Shown: positions 24,557-38,000 of the stretch, piece after piece
Numbering within the stretch: the stretch's first letter is position 1
Layout: each line of letters starts with the position of its first letter
Position numbers and translations under genes: made by a program
The notes under the pieces: model-generated
The model's database searches: none
Told to the model about the DNA's origin: nothing
What the model saw: only the letters and a program-made list of their open reading frames with translations
Source: Ramazzottius varieornatus
Taxonomy: Eukaryota > Animalia > Tardigrada
DNA length: 64,000 bases
Direction: 5' to 3'
Assembly (NCBI GenBank): GCA_001949185.1
Contig: BDGG01000009.1
Span: forward strand, 124,001 to 188,000

Positions 24557-25866
24557 TGCACTTTTTATTGAAGGGTAGCTAGCTCTAGGTTACTTGAAAG
24601 AAAAGATATTGACCACCCAAAAGTGATGGCGAAAAAGCGAGTATATTTTAAACGAGATCACGAGATGAACGGTGATAGGAAAATCTGCCCTGAGTTCCTC
24701 ACCGGAAGTCGACGGATCAGGGATGGAAGAGTTCAGCTTCCAGTGGGTTTCCCGCAGATTCTAGAACAGATATGACATGTAGCATCGAAAGTTTAAAAGA
24801 ATACCGTTCATGCGGAAAACAGCCTATCTTGTCCGTCGCTCGGAAAGATGAGGAAGTGGACCGCAACGAGAAGCCGGACTGATGTAGTACTAGATAATAC
24901 AAGGGTGCGCATGAGAAGGAGTGGTCGAAAGGCGACCAGAGAATGATGAGCGAACCCGCAATGACGTGGAAGAAGCCTGGCAATGAGTGGTGGGAAATAC
25001 GACTCAGCTCCTGCAACTTAACGACACAATCACATGCAACTCAACACCCTCCTCAAATAATTATGCGGGACGTGCGCTGGGTGTTGGGCTGGCCAGGCCT
25101 GGCCTAGCATTAAACATCACCGTCCTATAGTCCAAAGTGGATGGGAACTCGGCTCGTTCTTCCCACTGGCCAGTTACCATTCCGGAAAAGTGGGCAATAG
25201 TCTAAATCTGTAGGTGAAGCCAGCCTGGATGATATTACACCCGCCTATACGTAATGTTGTGTCTTGCATGTGACTGAAGACCCGAGACAGCCGTCTCGAT
25301 GACAGACAGCCTCCGCACTTTGCTCACGCAGGACGTCACAGCGAAATGCAGCCGTCCATCACACACCAACTCCCAGCTATGGTTAGTACCTTTCTCGCCG
25401 TGACGTCATATACAGTAACGACTGTGATGACGGACCCACTTCACGCCTAGCTTGTCGTGGAGACCTGAGCTTCCCATAACGAGCATTACCAAGTATTTTC
25501 TGGACCACTGCGAGCATATACGAACCCGGAAAATTCACATATCATAAAAGCGTACCAAATCTAAGGTCGGATAAAACGTGAACATAGCGAAGCCACACAC
25601 GCAAGCATCTGCCGACTTCAAACAGTAAAAAAGAGACGTGCGAGACCACTCAGAAAAAGTTTAAAACATGAGTGAACTTTATCGTCTGCATGTGATGTAA
25701 GCTTCACAAGAAGAGAAAAACTTTTGAAAAGGATTGAAAGTCAGTAGCTGCAGAAGCCTGTACATTGCAGATGGATATTAAAAAGCTCAGACAAAAATGG
25801 AAAATTCTTGGCGACGACATTCATTCTTGGCACACGTTAAAGAAGTCGGCCTGTCCGGTGAAGGTT

Positions 25867-28800
25867 TTACTTGGTCGCTGGGTGTGTCGTGGCGAGAGTT
25901 TCGGTGATGACGGCATTGTAGCTGGGAGGTGCGAAGCCGTGACTCTGATTGTACAGTTGGTTCTCGAAGGCTGTAGATGACAATGAGACAGTAAGGAAGA
26001 GTTCGGAGAAGGAAAAAGGTAAACCCATAGCTTACCGCGGTTGATCTGGCCAGATGTGTCACGATCGGGCTCGTCGATACTGGCATACTGATGGCGGGGA
26101 GCAGGTGTTTCGTACTCAATACTCTGGTAAATACTGTCACGATCGGGGTTCATGCTGGCAAAGCCCGACGAGCTGTGGCCTGCTAATGGCATGGAGACAT
26201 ATGTGTTGCGCTTAGGCTGCGCCGGCAGTGGTTCTACGAACAATTTAACCATCAACCACGGCGGACTGGCAAGTATAAAAAGCTTCGCAGTGAAGCGGGA
26301 CGTCGGCAGACAAGCTCGACAAGATCGTTTTTGAAAGCCGCGCACGTTCAGGGTGATGTTGGCTGGAACGTGCGCCACTTGGCAAAACAAATCTGAAAAG
26401 ACCAGTTTTCCAAGTGGCGCACGTTACCAGTCAATGATACTGAAATCGAGCGCTACTTACAAGGGAACGGAGGTGACCATGAGAGTCTGAACTTCTTCCA
26501 ACTTTTTCTGTCGAAAGTACTCGGTCCTAGCTACCGTTCAAGGGTACTCTCAGTTGCCACCGAGCACCTTTTGGCTAGGGAGCAAATTTCGAATGCGTGG
26601 AACCCTCTCAAAACCACTGTGGGACCTCTGACTTCTCGACGTCTACTGGTTCTCGTATCGTCCGAAACATAACTTCTCCAGCAACAAAACTGCACTATAT
26701 GAACTGGTGAACACTTCTACTGTTTCAGATTAGCGAAACAAAAATTTTCGTTTTCTTCAACTTTCCATCGANNNNNNNNNNNNNNNNNNNNNNNNNNNNN
26801 NNNNNNNNNNNNNNNNNNNNNAAAACGAAAATTTCTGTTTCGCTAATCTGACAGCAGAAGTGTTCCCCAGTTCATATAGTGCAGTTTTGTTGCTGGAGAA
26901 GTTATGTTTCGGACGATACGAGAACCAGTAGACGTCGAGAAGTCAGAGGTCCCACAGTGGTTTTGAGAGGGTTCCACGCATTCGAAATTTGCTCCCTAGC
27001 CAAAAGGTGCTCGGTGGCAACTGAGAGTACCCTTGAACGGTAGCTAGGACCGAGTACTTTCGACAGAAAAAGTTGGAAGAAGTTCAGACTCTCATGGTCA
27101 CCTCCGTTCCCTTGTTAGAACAGTATCTTGTCCAGTATTCCCTGCTTTTTTTACACAAAACTTCGTGGTGGTTTGAGCCCGGTCTGAGTATTTTGTAGAA
27201 AAAGGACAGGGGTAACAGATACGGCGAGCAAAACTCTTTTGCTTTCCGTAGTCTGATACTTACCGGCCAACTTGACGAAGGCTTCGCCATTCTTCAGGTG
27301 AACCGCCGTGGTCTTGGCAGTGTCCAGCGTCTTCAGGCTATACTCGCCACCATCGGAACTGGACAAGTCCAAGGAAGAAGAGTAGGTGACATTGGCCAGT
27401 TCTTGTTGCAACTTCGCTAGACGACGACGGTAGAAGAGAGCCAGCGCCAGAATGAGCAGGATGACGATGATGGTCATGCACAGTCCAACAATCAGACCGG
27501 TATTGTCCGACTTGCTGACCGCTACCTGGCTTCTGATGAAGTCAGCTCGGTTGGCACTGTCATCCAACGCCAGACTAGAGCGACACTCGGGCCCGCTGTA
27601 GTGTGGTAGACAGACACAGCCGTTGAGCTCCACGCCACACAAGAACTTTTCCTGTTGGCAGGAAGACCCGCAGTCGCGGAAGCACTGTTCGTCGCCGCCG
27701 TTGAGCAGGCAGCACAGACAACAGGAAGGTCCGGCTTGGTTTCGCCAACCCAATCGACAGCTACAGGAGCCATCTAGCGGGTGGCAGACCGTCAAGTTGC
27801 TGCACTGGCAAGTACTACCGCAGGTGGGAGGAGAGCCGTACTTGCCATCGGGACAAGCTACAAAAACAACAAAAGGTAAAAACGAACCCATATAAATGAA
27901 GAAAAATATAGAGACACCAAAAAAGTATCAAAACATATCTGAGACGTGAGCAAACGAACTAAACCAGACTATCTTCCCAAGTAGCGCATGTTTACGGTGT
28001 CATAAGCTGCAAGCATGCGCCGCTGGGGAGAACGATCTGGTTTCCATCAAAAAAGGTTATAATACTAGAAGAAAATTAATATATAAAAGAAATAAAATCA
28101 GCGTTATTACACGAAAGTTTATCGAGAAAGTAAGAGTCAGCTACATTGCGCTGTCCACGCCCCACCGAACAACAATAACAGCTTTTTCACGGAAACATCA
28201 TGATTATGCATATAACGCCATGTATAGCATTCTCTAAACAGGTTTATGAGCAACAAGGTGCGCCAGGTCAGGCCTGTCCGTCATCATCGTTATTCAATAA
28301 AGCCAACATGACTTACCTCGTTCCTGACAACGTTGGCCCGAGTAGCCTTTGAAACAATGGCATTGACCCGTAACGGGATGGCACGTTTGGGCATTCTCGC
28401 ACTGGCAGTCCTGTTGACAGTCCTGGCCGAACTTGCCGGGTTCACACTGCATCTCGCATTGGGCTCCCCAGTAGCCGGCTGGACACTTGCAGACACCGGA
28501 AGCGCCGTCACACTTGCCTTTATTGTAACAGACTTTGCAGGCTTTGCTACAGTTCCTGCCCCAGAAACCTTCGGCACAATCATTCTCACAGGTCTCGCCC
28601 TGCAAAGAAAGCAAACAAGTCGTCAGGAATCAATCACCAGCAGAAGAACACCTCGTTCAGTATCCATGTCGATATGGGAACTCAGTAAACGAAGTTTTTC
28701 TGAGTTCTTCTGAGTGGCGCAAGTTACCATTGCCACCGGCTGACAGCGTGCGCCACTTGAAAAACGGTCTCGTCGAGTTTTGTTTCCCCAAGTGGCGCAT

Positions 28801-31646
28801 TTTTTATTGGTGTTGGCTGAACGCGTGCGCCACCTGGAAAACAATTTTTAAAGATCAAAAAAATTATTAGCTTGAAGTTTCTTATATTCCTTAGTTGCAT
28901 AATCATCAGGAATAATGTTGTAAGGATGTCTTACGCTGAAGCCCGGCAAGCATGTGCACTGTGCATCGCTGGCCGACAAGCAGTGTGCCCCATTCTGACA
29001 CTTTTCACACACGGACAGACTGACGGGACATGGGGTCTCGCATTGAGGACCACAGAAGCCGGTAGTGCAGGTACAAGCTCCGTTGTCGGCGTGACACTGT
29101 CCACCATTCTGGCACTGGCAAGTCTGCTGGCAGTTGAGACCATACTTGTTGGCTGGACACTTGTCTTGACACTGAGGTCCCAGGAAGCCTTCCTTGCACT
29201 GGCACTTGCCGCTGATGGTTTCGCAGGTACCGTTGTTGGCACATTTGCACTCCTGTCCACACTGGTTACCCCATTTGCCCAACGGACAAGCTGCAATGAC
29301 CAAAAAACTGCATTACAGCGTGGTTGACAAAGTCGAAATAGAAATGTGGTTCCGTCACGCGTTTATATACAGCTAATCTACCCGCGTTTCTATTGAAATG
29401 GTCCCATCCTTCAACGTCGCATTTGGGTAATTTCCTACAATATTTCGACGTTATGTGGAAAAATGCAATGAACGTACCGATGCAGGTGTTGTTGGGATGC
29501 GGTCCATAGCCTTCGCAGCAAGCCTTGACCATCTCCGTCTTTTGCTGCTGCATCTTCTTGTAGACAATCTTGAAGACGGTGCGATAGGTGGTGCAACGCG
29601 GTGGAATGGCCAAACACCAGGTCTTGGTGGCGACTTGCGTGGCTTCCCGCACCGGACTCATCACTTCCTCCGACTTCCTACAAACAAAGAAAATATCCAT
29701 CAGGCATCACATCACAAGGTTAACGAACATCACTGTCCTATTTTCATACAAGGTCTTTAATTGACTAAAGAGTGGTAGCAGGGGACCAGTCATCATCAAG
29801 TTAAACATCACCCAAGCTGGCAAACGGAGGTCGGCCGACTATTTGCCCACAACCCTGAAATGCCTCGCTCCTCACATCATCCCACCTTGATTCCACCTTG
29901 CACTTGACTTCAACTCAGCCGGCAAGTTCAAACAAAGTTTCGACAAACAAAGGCAAGTCCCACCTGACAAACGGCATTAGAGTGCCTGATTAAGCAATGA
30001 AGCCACTCTAGCGACTACTTGCGCCTGCTAACGTCTCACACCTGTATGGTGAAGGACCTACCGTTCCACACCTTCGTGACCCAATTACGGCCATGTTCAC
30101 TGCTAGCTTTCCCAGCACCAATATCCAGAAAAGCATATCCACTAAAACGCCCATCAAACTACCATCTTTTTACAACGAGAGGCCGAGTGCTCATCAGGAA
30201 CTTTGTCGTTTCTGCGAGTTTGCGTCGGGCACCTGCGTACACTAAGTGGACGTCTGGTCAAACTCCCACGAAAGGTATGGACGGACTGCCCTAGAGACAC
30301 AGCTGGTATAGGTGACAGGACATTCTGATCCGCTATTTTATCGGTCTTGATTACCATCAGACTATTTGAGTCATATTAATGCGTAAGACTCATGCATTAG
30401 CCAACAAAGACTAGTCTTCAGTCCCGGCGACGCTCGGCCTCGATCAACGACGATCATTCTAATCAGCCTATAATCTGGTACTTTGAACATCTGACAATTC
30501 CTGTCCGCTCCTACTAGACTAGCGAACTTTGATTTCGTCTATCGTATTGTGATTTAAAATAGGACTTCCGTTTTTCCACTCTGCTAGTCAAGCCGGTAAA
30601 GAGATATACGGGTACCTTACACTTCTCTGTCTGAACCTAGGCGTCTGCTGCAGGGCAATCTCCCCACTGGGGAACTCTCTCGAAATACGAAGAGACCGAT
30701 AAAAAGCGATCGACAACTTCAGAAAACTTGGCCAAGAGAAGTCTGTGAATCATTACAGCAGGGTCGCGAATCACACGTTAGCTTCTCTTGCCAATCTGTC
30801 CTTCAGTGTCCGCACACGCACCGATCGGGTTCCATCAGTAGCACAGAACTCTAACAACATGCAGCGTACATTCTAACCACACCAGCCGGTTTTGCCTGCA
30901 CGTTCGGAGAACGTCAACATTAGCCCATCATATCGCTTGATATCGCAGCACGAAGGCACGAACTGCAGAGAGCTGATGGTATGCCAAGCTCATGCACCTC
31001 ATCACACCCAACCCAGCCAGTTCAAAAACCGGCCAACAAAGCAGGCAAATATACCCAGCAATCGTTTCTGTCAATATACACGTAAAATATCAACAAGGCC
31101 GCACAACAAATTCTTTCCACCAAAAACATTGTCCCTTCTTCCTTTGTCTATCTACATACCCAAAGCACCTGTTGCTGGTCTCAAAAAAGACTGAGCATTT
31201 CATTATATAGCCTTATTTTCAGCTGATAAGCGCAGTCGGACAGACCCTTGACTACATTTGGGAGCTTGGCAAACAAGCTCGACCTGAACGATTTCCCAAG
31301 TGGCGCACGCCTCCAGCCAATAACACTGTAAAGGTGCGCCACTTCGCCGAACAGATTTGGCCCATTTGCCTTTCCCGATGGCGCACGTTATTATTGTTAC
31401 TGGCAGGAAATGTGCGCCACTTGACCTAACAATTCTGCGCGATCCGTTTGCCGGTCTTCCATCTACGAGAGCTATCCCACGCTTCTCCAAAAAACATGGA
31501 CAATAAAGGTATGAAACTTACGTTTCTTGGCGTAGACAAACATTAGCTCCACGCAAGTCCTCGTTGGCTTGCGTGAAGGCTAGGCAGCAGACGAGGAGGT
31601 AGCTCCACAGCAAGACTTTCATGGTCGGATTCTGCCTGTCCATCAT
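25867..31646 (-). CDS. Draper/CED-1/MEGF10-11-like engulfment receptor (signal peptide, EMI domain, EGF-like repeats, TM, Tyr-motif tail)
   Basis: Exon 31646-31522 MKVLLWSYLLVCCLAFTQANEDLRGANVC; EMI exon WCLAIPPRC...CCEGY; EGF exons ~28935-29290, 28317-28600, 27210-27860; TM GLIVGLCMTIIVILLILALALFY; tail YQSI, YASI, FENQLY; stop at 25867. Confidence 0.9.
26297..26459. mobile_element. Palindromic MITE family copy, interrupted by the Tc4/Tc5-like element
   Basis: AAGTGGCGCAC...GCGCTACTTA unit resumes after 27117 (GAACAGTATCTTGTCCAG). Confidence 0.7.
26460..27114. mobile_element. Tc4/Tc5-like long-TIR (foldback) DNA transposon, interior lost in N gap
   Basis: ~290-bp inverted arms (26460-26754, 26822-27114) with a few mismatches, termini CAAGGGAA/TTCCCTTG, TTA on both flanks reconstructing a CTTAG target. 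Confidence 0.8.
27945..28045. mobile_element. Palindromic MITE family copy (one unit), Draper intron
   Basis: CCCAAGTAGCGCATG...CATGCGCCGCTGGGG. Confidence 0.6.
28675..28860. mobile_element. Palindromic MITE family copy (two units), Draper intron
   Basis: GGGAACTCAG start; two AGTGGCGCA/TGCGCCAC hairpins. Confidence 0.7.
31260..31460. mobile_element. Palindromic MITE family, complete two-unit copy
   Basis: GGGAGCTTGGCAAAC...GTTTGCCGGTCTTCC, flanks ATTT/ATCT. Confidence 0.75.
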
Positions 31647-33238
31647 CTAAGTTCAAACGTGCGTAATTACACGTTGTCAGAAACTATAGGGCGTCACCTA
31701 CAAACAAGAAAAAGAACTGTGTCACTCTAAACTATTTGAAAAGACAAAACAGGATTTGAAAATTGGGCAAAATCACAGTCAATCAACAGCGCAACTGAGA
31801 AACCAGTTTAAAATCATCAACACCGTAGACTTGCGTTACGGCACGCGTTAACGGATACTCGATCAGAGCATAAATTACGAATGTCGAGTACGCACAGTGA
31901 ACTGACCGGACGGATAGAGGCAACGCTTGCTAACTGTCCATCTCGACATCGTACCTTGATCGGCGCCGGAAGTGACAATCTTAACCCTCAGATCAGTTCA
32001 ATTTCATGCATACTTCAGCTCGGAAGTCAGTTTCTCGTACCTGGCAATCAACCAGTGATGTAACGATCGGGCAACCGTCGATAGGAAGAGATGGGCGTGG
32101 GAAGGTAATTACCATAGACTCTGTAAGCACAGACAACAACGCTCGATTAACTACTGTGCACAAACTAAACGGCCAAACCGTCCACAGCCTAAACACAAAA
32201 AGAGATAAAGGAACAAACTGGCCTGCTAAAAAAGAATGTGCGTCGCGTACGAGTATTTTAACGTTGATACAGCGCTAAAACAGTGTTGAAAGAGACTGTC
32301 TTCAGTTCGCGGCACTGTTGCATTGCGTGCGAGGATTAGACACCACCATTTGATGTAACTTTTGCCCTTACTCATCATGGTGACTTGTTGTCGTTTTCCA
32401 GCAACAAGCCCGCGGTTGTATGTACTAAGCATGCTAGCAAGCTGAGAGTTCTCTCAATTATGTGCACCAAAACGAAAGCAGAAACTTCTATTCCGTTATA
32501 CCAATGACTACAGCCTGCTCCCATATCCATCCGCCATGAGTATTGAACTAAGACAAAAGACGATGACGCGAAAATGGATTGGGTGAGAAACTCACTAACT
32601 TTACCCCAAGAACCGCCGTATATCTACACTAAAGATGAAACATCGCACGAGCATCCCGCATAGATCTTAAGGCATAACTGCCGCATAAGTAATGATTCGA
32701 AGAGGGAATACTTACGCGTCAGTAGGCAAAGCAATCCGATACGTGGTTACATAAGCAGAAGATGAATATTGAGCAGCGATCACGGATTGCGAGTGACTTC
32801 CGGAGGAGTGGAGTATTCCGCTGTCCTGTATACGAAGCTCTATATGAACGTGGGCGATCTTAGCTGCGATGAGTGTGTTTTACAAATTATCCATGTAGCC
32901 TTTTTCGACCTACAACAGCAGTACCTTCAACACCGATAGATCAGCGCGTTTACGCTCCGAGTAAAGATTGCAAAGGCAAACCGAACTTACCAATTTACCA
33001 AAGCTTGAGCAAACAAAGGAACTTGATGAACATCGGGAAAAATTCACAACTCAAATTCAAAACAAAGCTCAGCTGCTGATCTCGTACGTCGTACACATTG
33101 CTGTTGCAGCCACATAATAACCCGACGGCCTACTGCCACCGAATTCAAAGCTCAGCTTTGCAAGCCATGCGGACCGTTTGGCTTATACAAACATCGGAAT
33201 CGCAAACTAAGTATTGAAGATGTGGGAAACTAGAGATC

Positions 33239-33276
33239 GGGGAATTCGGGGAATTTGGGGAGTTGGGAACTTGGGG
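33239..33276 (+). other. G-quadruplex-forming motif upstream of the MED19 start codon
   Basis: GGGGAATTCGGGGAATTTGGGGAGTTGGGAACTTGGGG: five G3-4 tracts with 4-5 nt loops. Confidence 0.55.
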
Positions 33277-33443
33277 ATCTTCTAGTTTCTACATCTATTT
33301 CCGTTACAATTGTATGTTCTGAATGTTGACGTTTGAACAAAGGAAGAAGATGGAAACGGTATGAGAGGCTTTCTGATCCAGCTTTTGCCGTCAGGATACA
33401 GTTGTTGACCCATCCGAAGAAGCCTGCGGAGCAGATCAACAAG

Positions 33444-34663
33444 ATGTCGCATCCCATGGGAGGAATATTTAATGGAAGCATGCATTCCCCCGTCATGAAC
33501 GGTTCGCAATCTACGCTCACTTCCGTGCCAACCGCCAACGCCAACTTTCGTCCGGACGCCACCACCGGAACGCTCAAGACAACCATCATGCTAGGCAAGA
33601 ATCCCTCCGTTCATCCCAGCGGACCTTTCTACCTCCTTCGTCCTGAAACTATTGGTTAGTATACCCTTCCAGATCGTGGTTGTCTACTGTCGTAAATGTT
33701 GTGTTCTTGGTGCAGAAGAAAGTGACTTGTCGGGTAGCATCAACCTGCTGGACTACTACGGTCTGGAGAGTTCCTACCAGAAGCTGTCGATGACTCGGAA
33801 GTTGCGCGATGAGCTGAGTTCCTTCCTGCCTTCTCTACCTGGCTTTGTCGACCATCCGGCTAGCGAAGATGGCTCATCCCTCAAGCAGCTCTTTGAGAAT
33901 CCACCACGGGTCCGTAAAGAGATTGAAGTATTACCTCCGCACCTCCTCAGCGGTTTTCGCCTCAAACCAGGCTCGGTAAGACAAATGTCTCCCCCAAGTA
34001 CTACTTTCCAAGTGGCGCACGCTCTTGGCCAAAATTACTCACAAAGTGCGCCACTTGGGGGCTCGGCAAGCAAGCTCGACCAGACCGTTTCTCCAGTAGC
34101 GCAGGTGTGCAATGTTAGCGGCTGACAGCGTGCGCCACCTGAAAAAAAACCGATTTTGTCGACTTTGTGTGCCTAAGTTCTGTATTATGGTATCCTCTAC
34201 GCCACATCGTGCGATTTGCAGTTACCGGACAGATTTCGTCTGATGGACTTGAATGTGGTAAAGAAGCTGCATAAGAAGAAGCGAAAGAAAGAAGAAGTAA
34301 ATGGCGTGGCGCACACTTCCGGTAAGCTCGTGGTTTTGACTGAGTATTTGCAGTATTGGTTTCTCTCTGTACTGCTCATTGATTTTAGACAACTTGTTAT
34401 ACTATGTTTTATCCCATGCTTGTTAGACGCTGAAGGTAGTCCTGAAGCGAAGAAACAACGGAGGGACCGTGAAGATTCCGAGCGGCGCCGTTTGAAGAAG
34501 CTGGACAAGAAGCGGAAGCGAGTAAGTCATACTATTCGCTAGGTTTCATTTTTCGTTACGGTCCTGGTACACTAATGGTAACACGATTAATAAATTCAAA
34601 CGTCTGTTGTGTGTGTAGAGGGAAGATGATCCTACTGGGGATGATCTGATGAGCAGAACGTAA
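33444..34663 (+). CDS. MED19: Mediator complex subunit 19
   Basis: GPFYLL, LSGSINLLDYYGLESSYQKL, LSSFLPSLPG, SLKQLFENPP, LSGFRLKPG and Lys-rich C-terminus; 5 exons with GT-AG introns. Confidence 0.9.
33995..34180. mobile_element. Palindromic MITE family copy, MED19 intron
   Basis: Two hairpin units plus an internal GGGGGCTCGGCAAG terminus-like segment. Confidence 0.7.
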
Positions 34664-35083
34664 AATAGGAAAGCAACAATAATGCCAAGACGCCCGATTC
34701 CTAGCCACGCCGTGAAGAGCGCCACCCGACAAATGCCTGTGCTGATATTCTTCTGCACAGCCTCCTTTTTATGGGTCGCCAGACTAGTGCAGACTAGTTA
34801 ACTCTATATGTCTGGGTAGGCCAGAATCTGCTTTCTCCACGCCCGTGTTTGTAATTTAACTCACGGAAGAATTGTTCAAGGTCGCCCAGCTTCTCACTTT
34901 CACTCGATGCTACTATATTACTGCAATGCACCGTCGCACAGACTATTGTAAATATAGCAGACGACATATCAAGCAGAATATCCTTTACAAGAGTGAAGTT
35001 TGTACACTGATAAAGCTACACCGCAGGCTATGTTCTATGGCAGTGCTGATTGATAAAAGTTGATCTTGAGAAAATAGCATTGG

Positions 35084-38000
35084 TTAGTGTGTGACCGGAC
35101 TATGTAGAATGCTGATTTCTGGAGGAAGAGGAAGACTGTCCGGTTGACTCGATGGAGCTGACACTGAGATCCTCGGGACTTTCATCAAAATCGCTACCTG
35201 TAAAGCACCCCCGTTACCGTGTCGTTCACTAATACTGCACGAGAGGGAATGACCTGCTCGTGTTACTGACTTACCTCGCAAGGGCGGCATTGCATCGTGA
35301 GACTGCAGGCCAGCTACGGGGACATCTCGTCCGGTATCGACTTCGTCCGACGTCGGATGGCTGGTCCGTGGAGGAGGCTGGCTGGAGAAAGGCAGGTCCG
35401 CCATGGCGTCGGCGATCTCCTGCATTCGCAGCTCCTCATCGCCATCGTAGTTTTTGCTGAGGTAGTCGGGAAAGACCGCTCGGTCAAAACTGCCTACAGA
35501 TCAAACTTACTCGTGTTACCGTACTACTCAAACGTGTTAGCGAAGAGCTTCGAGGTTGACGGTACAAAGTGGCCTACCTGATCCAGCCTCAATGAAGATG
35601 GTACCGTGCGGGTCCAGACCGGAAGTGGGCATCAAGCTGACTGGTTGTGTTTGTAATCGAAGGTTGGTGAACCTACAAAGCGTATAAGGTTGTTGCATAA
35701 AGTGACGCACGCTTCCAGCCAATTTTAGCGGAGAAGTGCGCCATTTTAGATGAGAATCTAGCGCGTTCAGTTTGCTGACGTTTGAGTAAATTTACAAACA
35801 GAAAACTAAGGTGAAAATTTACTGCAAATTAGTCCCATTGGTGAGGTCCCAGTCCGAACCGGTACGTTGGATTTCCGTGGCATCGGCATGGCTGGCTGGC
35901 AGGAGATGAGCAGCGGCGCAGCCTGGTGTGACAGTGGGTACGAAGCGAAACTGCGGACCCATCCAGAGACGGCGTGAAGGGCCAGCTTGTGTCACGATCT
36001 CCACTTGTGACAGCCACGGCTCGTGCACTTCCGGTTGAGCCCCACCCGTCAGTTGCAGCATGTGCATCTGTGGGTAATCAGCCCTGTTCTCTCTACCCTT
36101 TTCGCTCTTCCCGACAGCGCAGAAGGCGCTGCTTCGAACCAGGGGATGGCTCTCTGAAAAGGGTGGTAGGAACTCGGCCTGGTTCAAGTGCCTGCAACAA
36201 TCGAAACAAAGAAGCCTGGCTAAACATGTTCATAGCGAGGAAGGCAGAAGGTGTGGGTAATATGAGAAACCAGCACACAAACTCCGCCGCATTGCTTTCC
36301 CAAGTGGTGCACGTGTCCAGTTTCATCAGCCGGAAGGATGCGCCATTTGGGAGAAAGATTTGGTCGAGTTTGCTTTCCCAAGTGGCGCACCATTCCAGCC
36401 TTAATTAGCGAGAGACTGCGCCACACGGAAAAACACTATCACCAAGTATGTTTGCGGAGCTCCCATATTATGACTTGCCTGTTGAGCGACCACTGAGCCA
36501 GTGCGTGGACATTAAGAGCCACTGGAACATCTTGGGCAATGCGTTCGACTTCGGTAGCCACCGCCGGTTGCAGCGAGTACTCCACCAGAGCACCATGTGA
36601 GGTCCCGATCAGCATGGCATCACAAGCTGGGACTTCCCCACTGTTCTGCTAATACAATAATTTTGCGAAAATACAGCACGCAAACAGGGACAGAAAGACC
36701 GCACTTACTCGAAGTCGCCGTGTAACGAAGCAGACAGCGACGCGTACCAGGTCGCTGTTAGCGTTCGGATTGCTGCCAGAGTTATGTCGGCCGGTTGTTG
36801 TACAGGTACTGGCCAGGACGGCAGCTTGCGTGACTTTGAGTGAGGGTGAGTTGCGAATTTGGGAGAGCGGTTGAATAATCAACGGACCTCTTTGCTGCTC
36901 ACCTGTTCGACCCTGCAGAGAAGAACACCTCCATTAAGCAGCGTTTAATTATCAACGTAGAACGCTGGTCAAGGTAGTGCTAAGCACAGCCTTGACAGGT
37001 ATTCCGTAGCAAAAGTAGCTGATGGGTTTCTGGCCCTTTTTTCCTGCAAGATATCTACCAAGGCCGTGTTCGGCACGGACCTGAAAGGCGTTTTCGTAGG
37101 AAAATGGCGAAATAAGCAAGACACGCAAGATTATCTCCCATCGTTACTGTAGGAAAAACGGTACCTGGGACGGGCCAGCGTTGGCCGGGCCAGTCTGGTT
37201 GGTGGGGGGACTGTGGACAGTGTGAACCCGAGTGGCGTCAATCAGCCGAGGTGAAGAACTGGTCAAGGGCGCTGAGTAAGCGTTTGTAATGCTTGGTCCC
37301 GCTGCAATACTTCCGCCACTGGCATTGGGCAAGAAGGCACTCTGCGTACCCACTTCGAAATCGGCTTCGTCTAGACCAGCGCTCTTGACGAATCGCGATG
37401 TCTTGTTCACCACACGACTGGAAGAATGGGTTCGATAGGTTATGGGACCTGTAAACAACAACAAAGACGATTAAACTGGTTCACTTCACTCACCATGCAT
37501 ATAGGGTTTACATAGGCTACAGTGCTAATGCTACGATGTCGAAAGTGCTTCCCAGCCCGTGATCAAGGTTTGACTGGTTTAGTGTGCCTGCAAGGATTCA
37601 CTATGGCTGCAGTAATGTGTTCAACTGCTAATTAAATTTGACTACGGGCTGGGAAGCACTTTTGACATTGTACAATGAAGAAACCAGCAGCGTACCCGTG
37701 GTCACATGACTCATAGCGTCAATCCATGCTAAAAAATTCACGTGACACCGGGTATGCTGCTGATTTTTTTAGTGCACTGTACACGAAGGTACGAGCTCAC
37801 CGTCGAGCTGTTGAAACTCTTAAGCACCTACATACAGAATGCGCATATGCCACAGTCCTAATACTGCATGTAGGTACGCACTGTTCAGGCTTTCATGCAT
37901 CTGCGTACAAAACTGAATGGATAGTATGACGGTCAGGGTATGCAGGTGCTTGAAAGATTGGAAAAAGGGTGTAGGAAAACGGTCAAGGTGTAACTTACCT

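Noticed and set aside
33444-34663. Mediator subunit next to the BCAS3/BRIP1/TBX2 block (human has MED13 nearby)
   Set aside because: This gene is MED19, unrelated to MED13; treated as coincidence.
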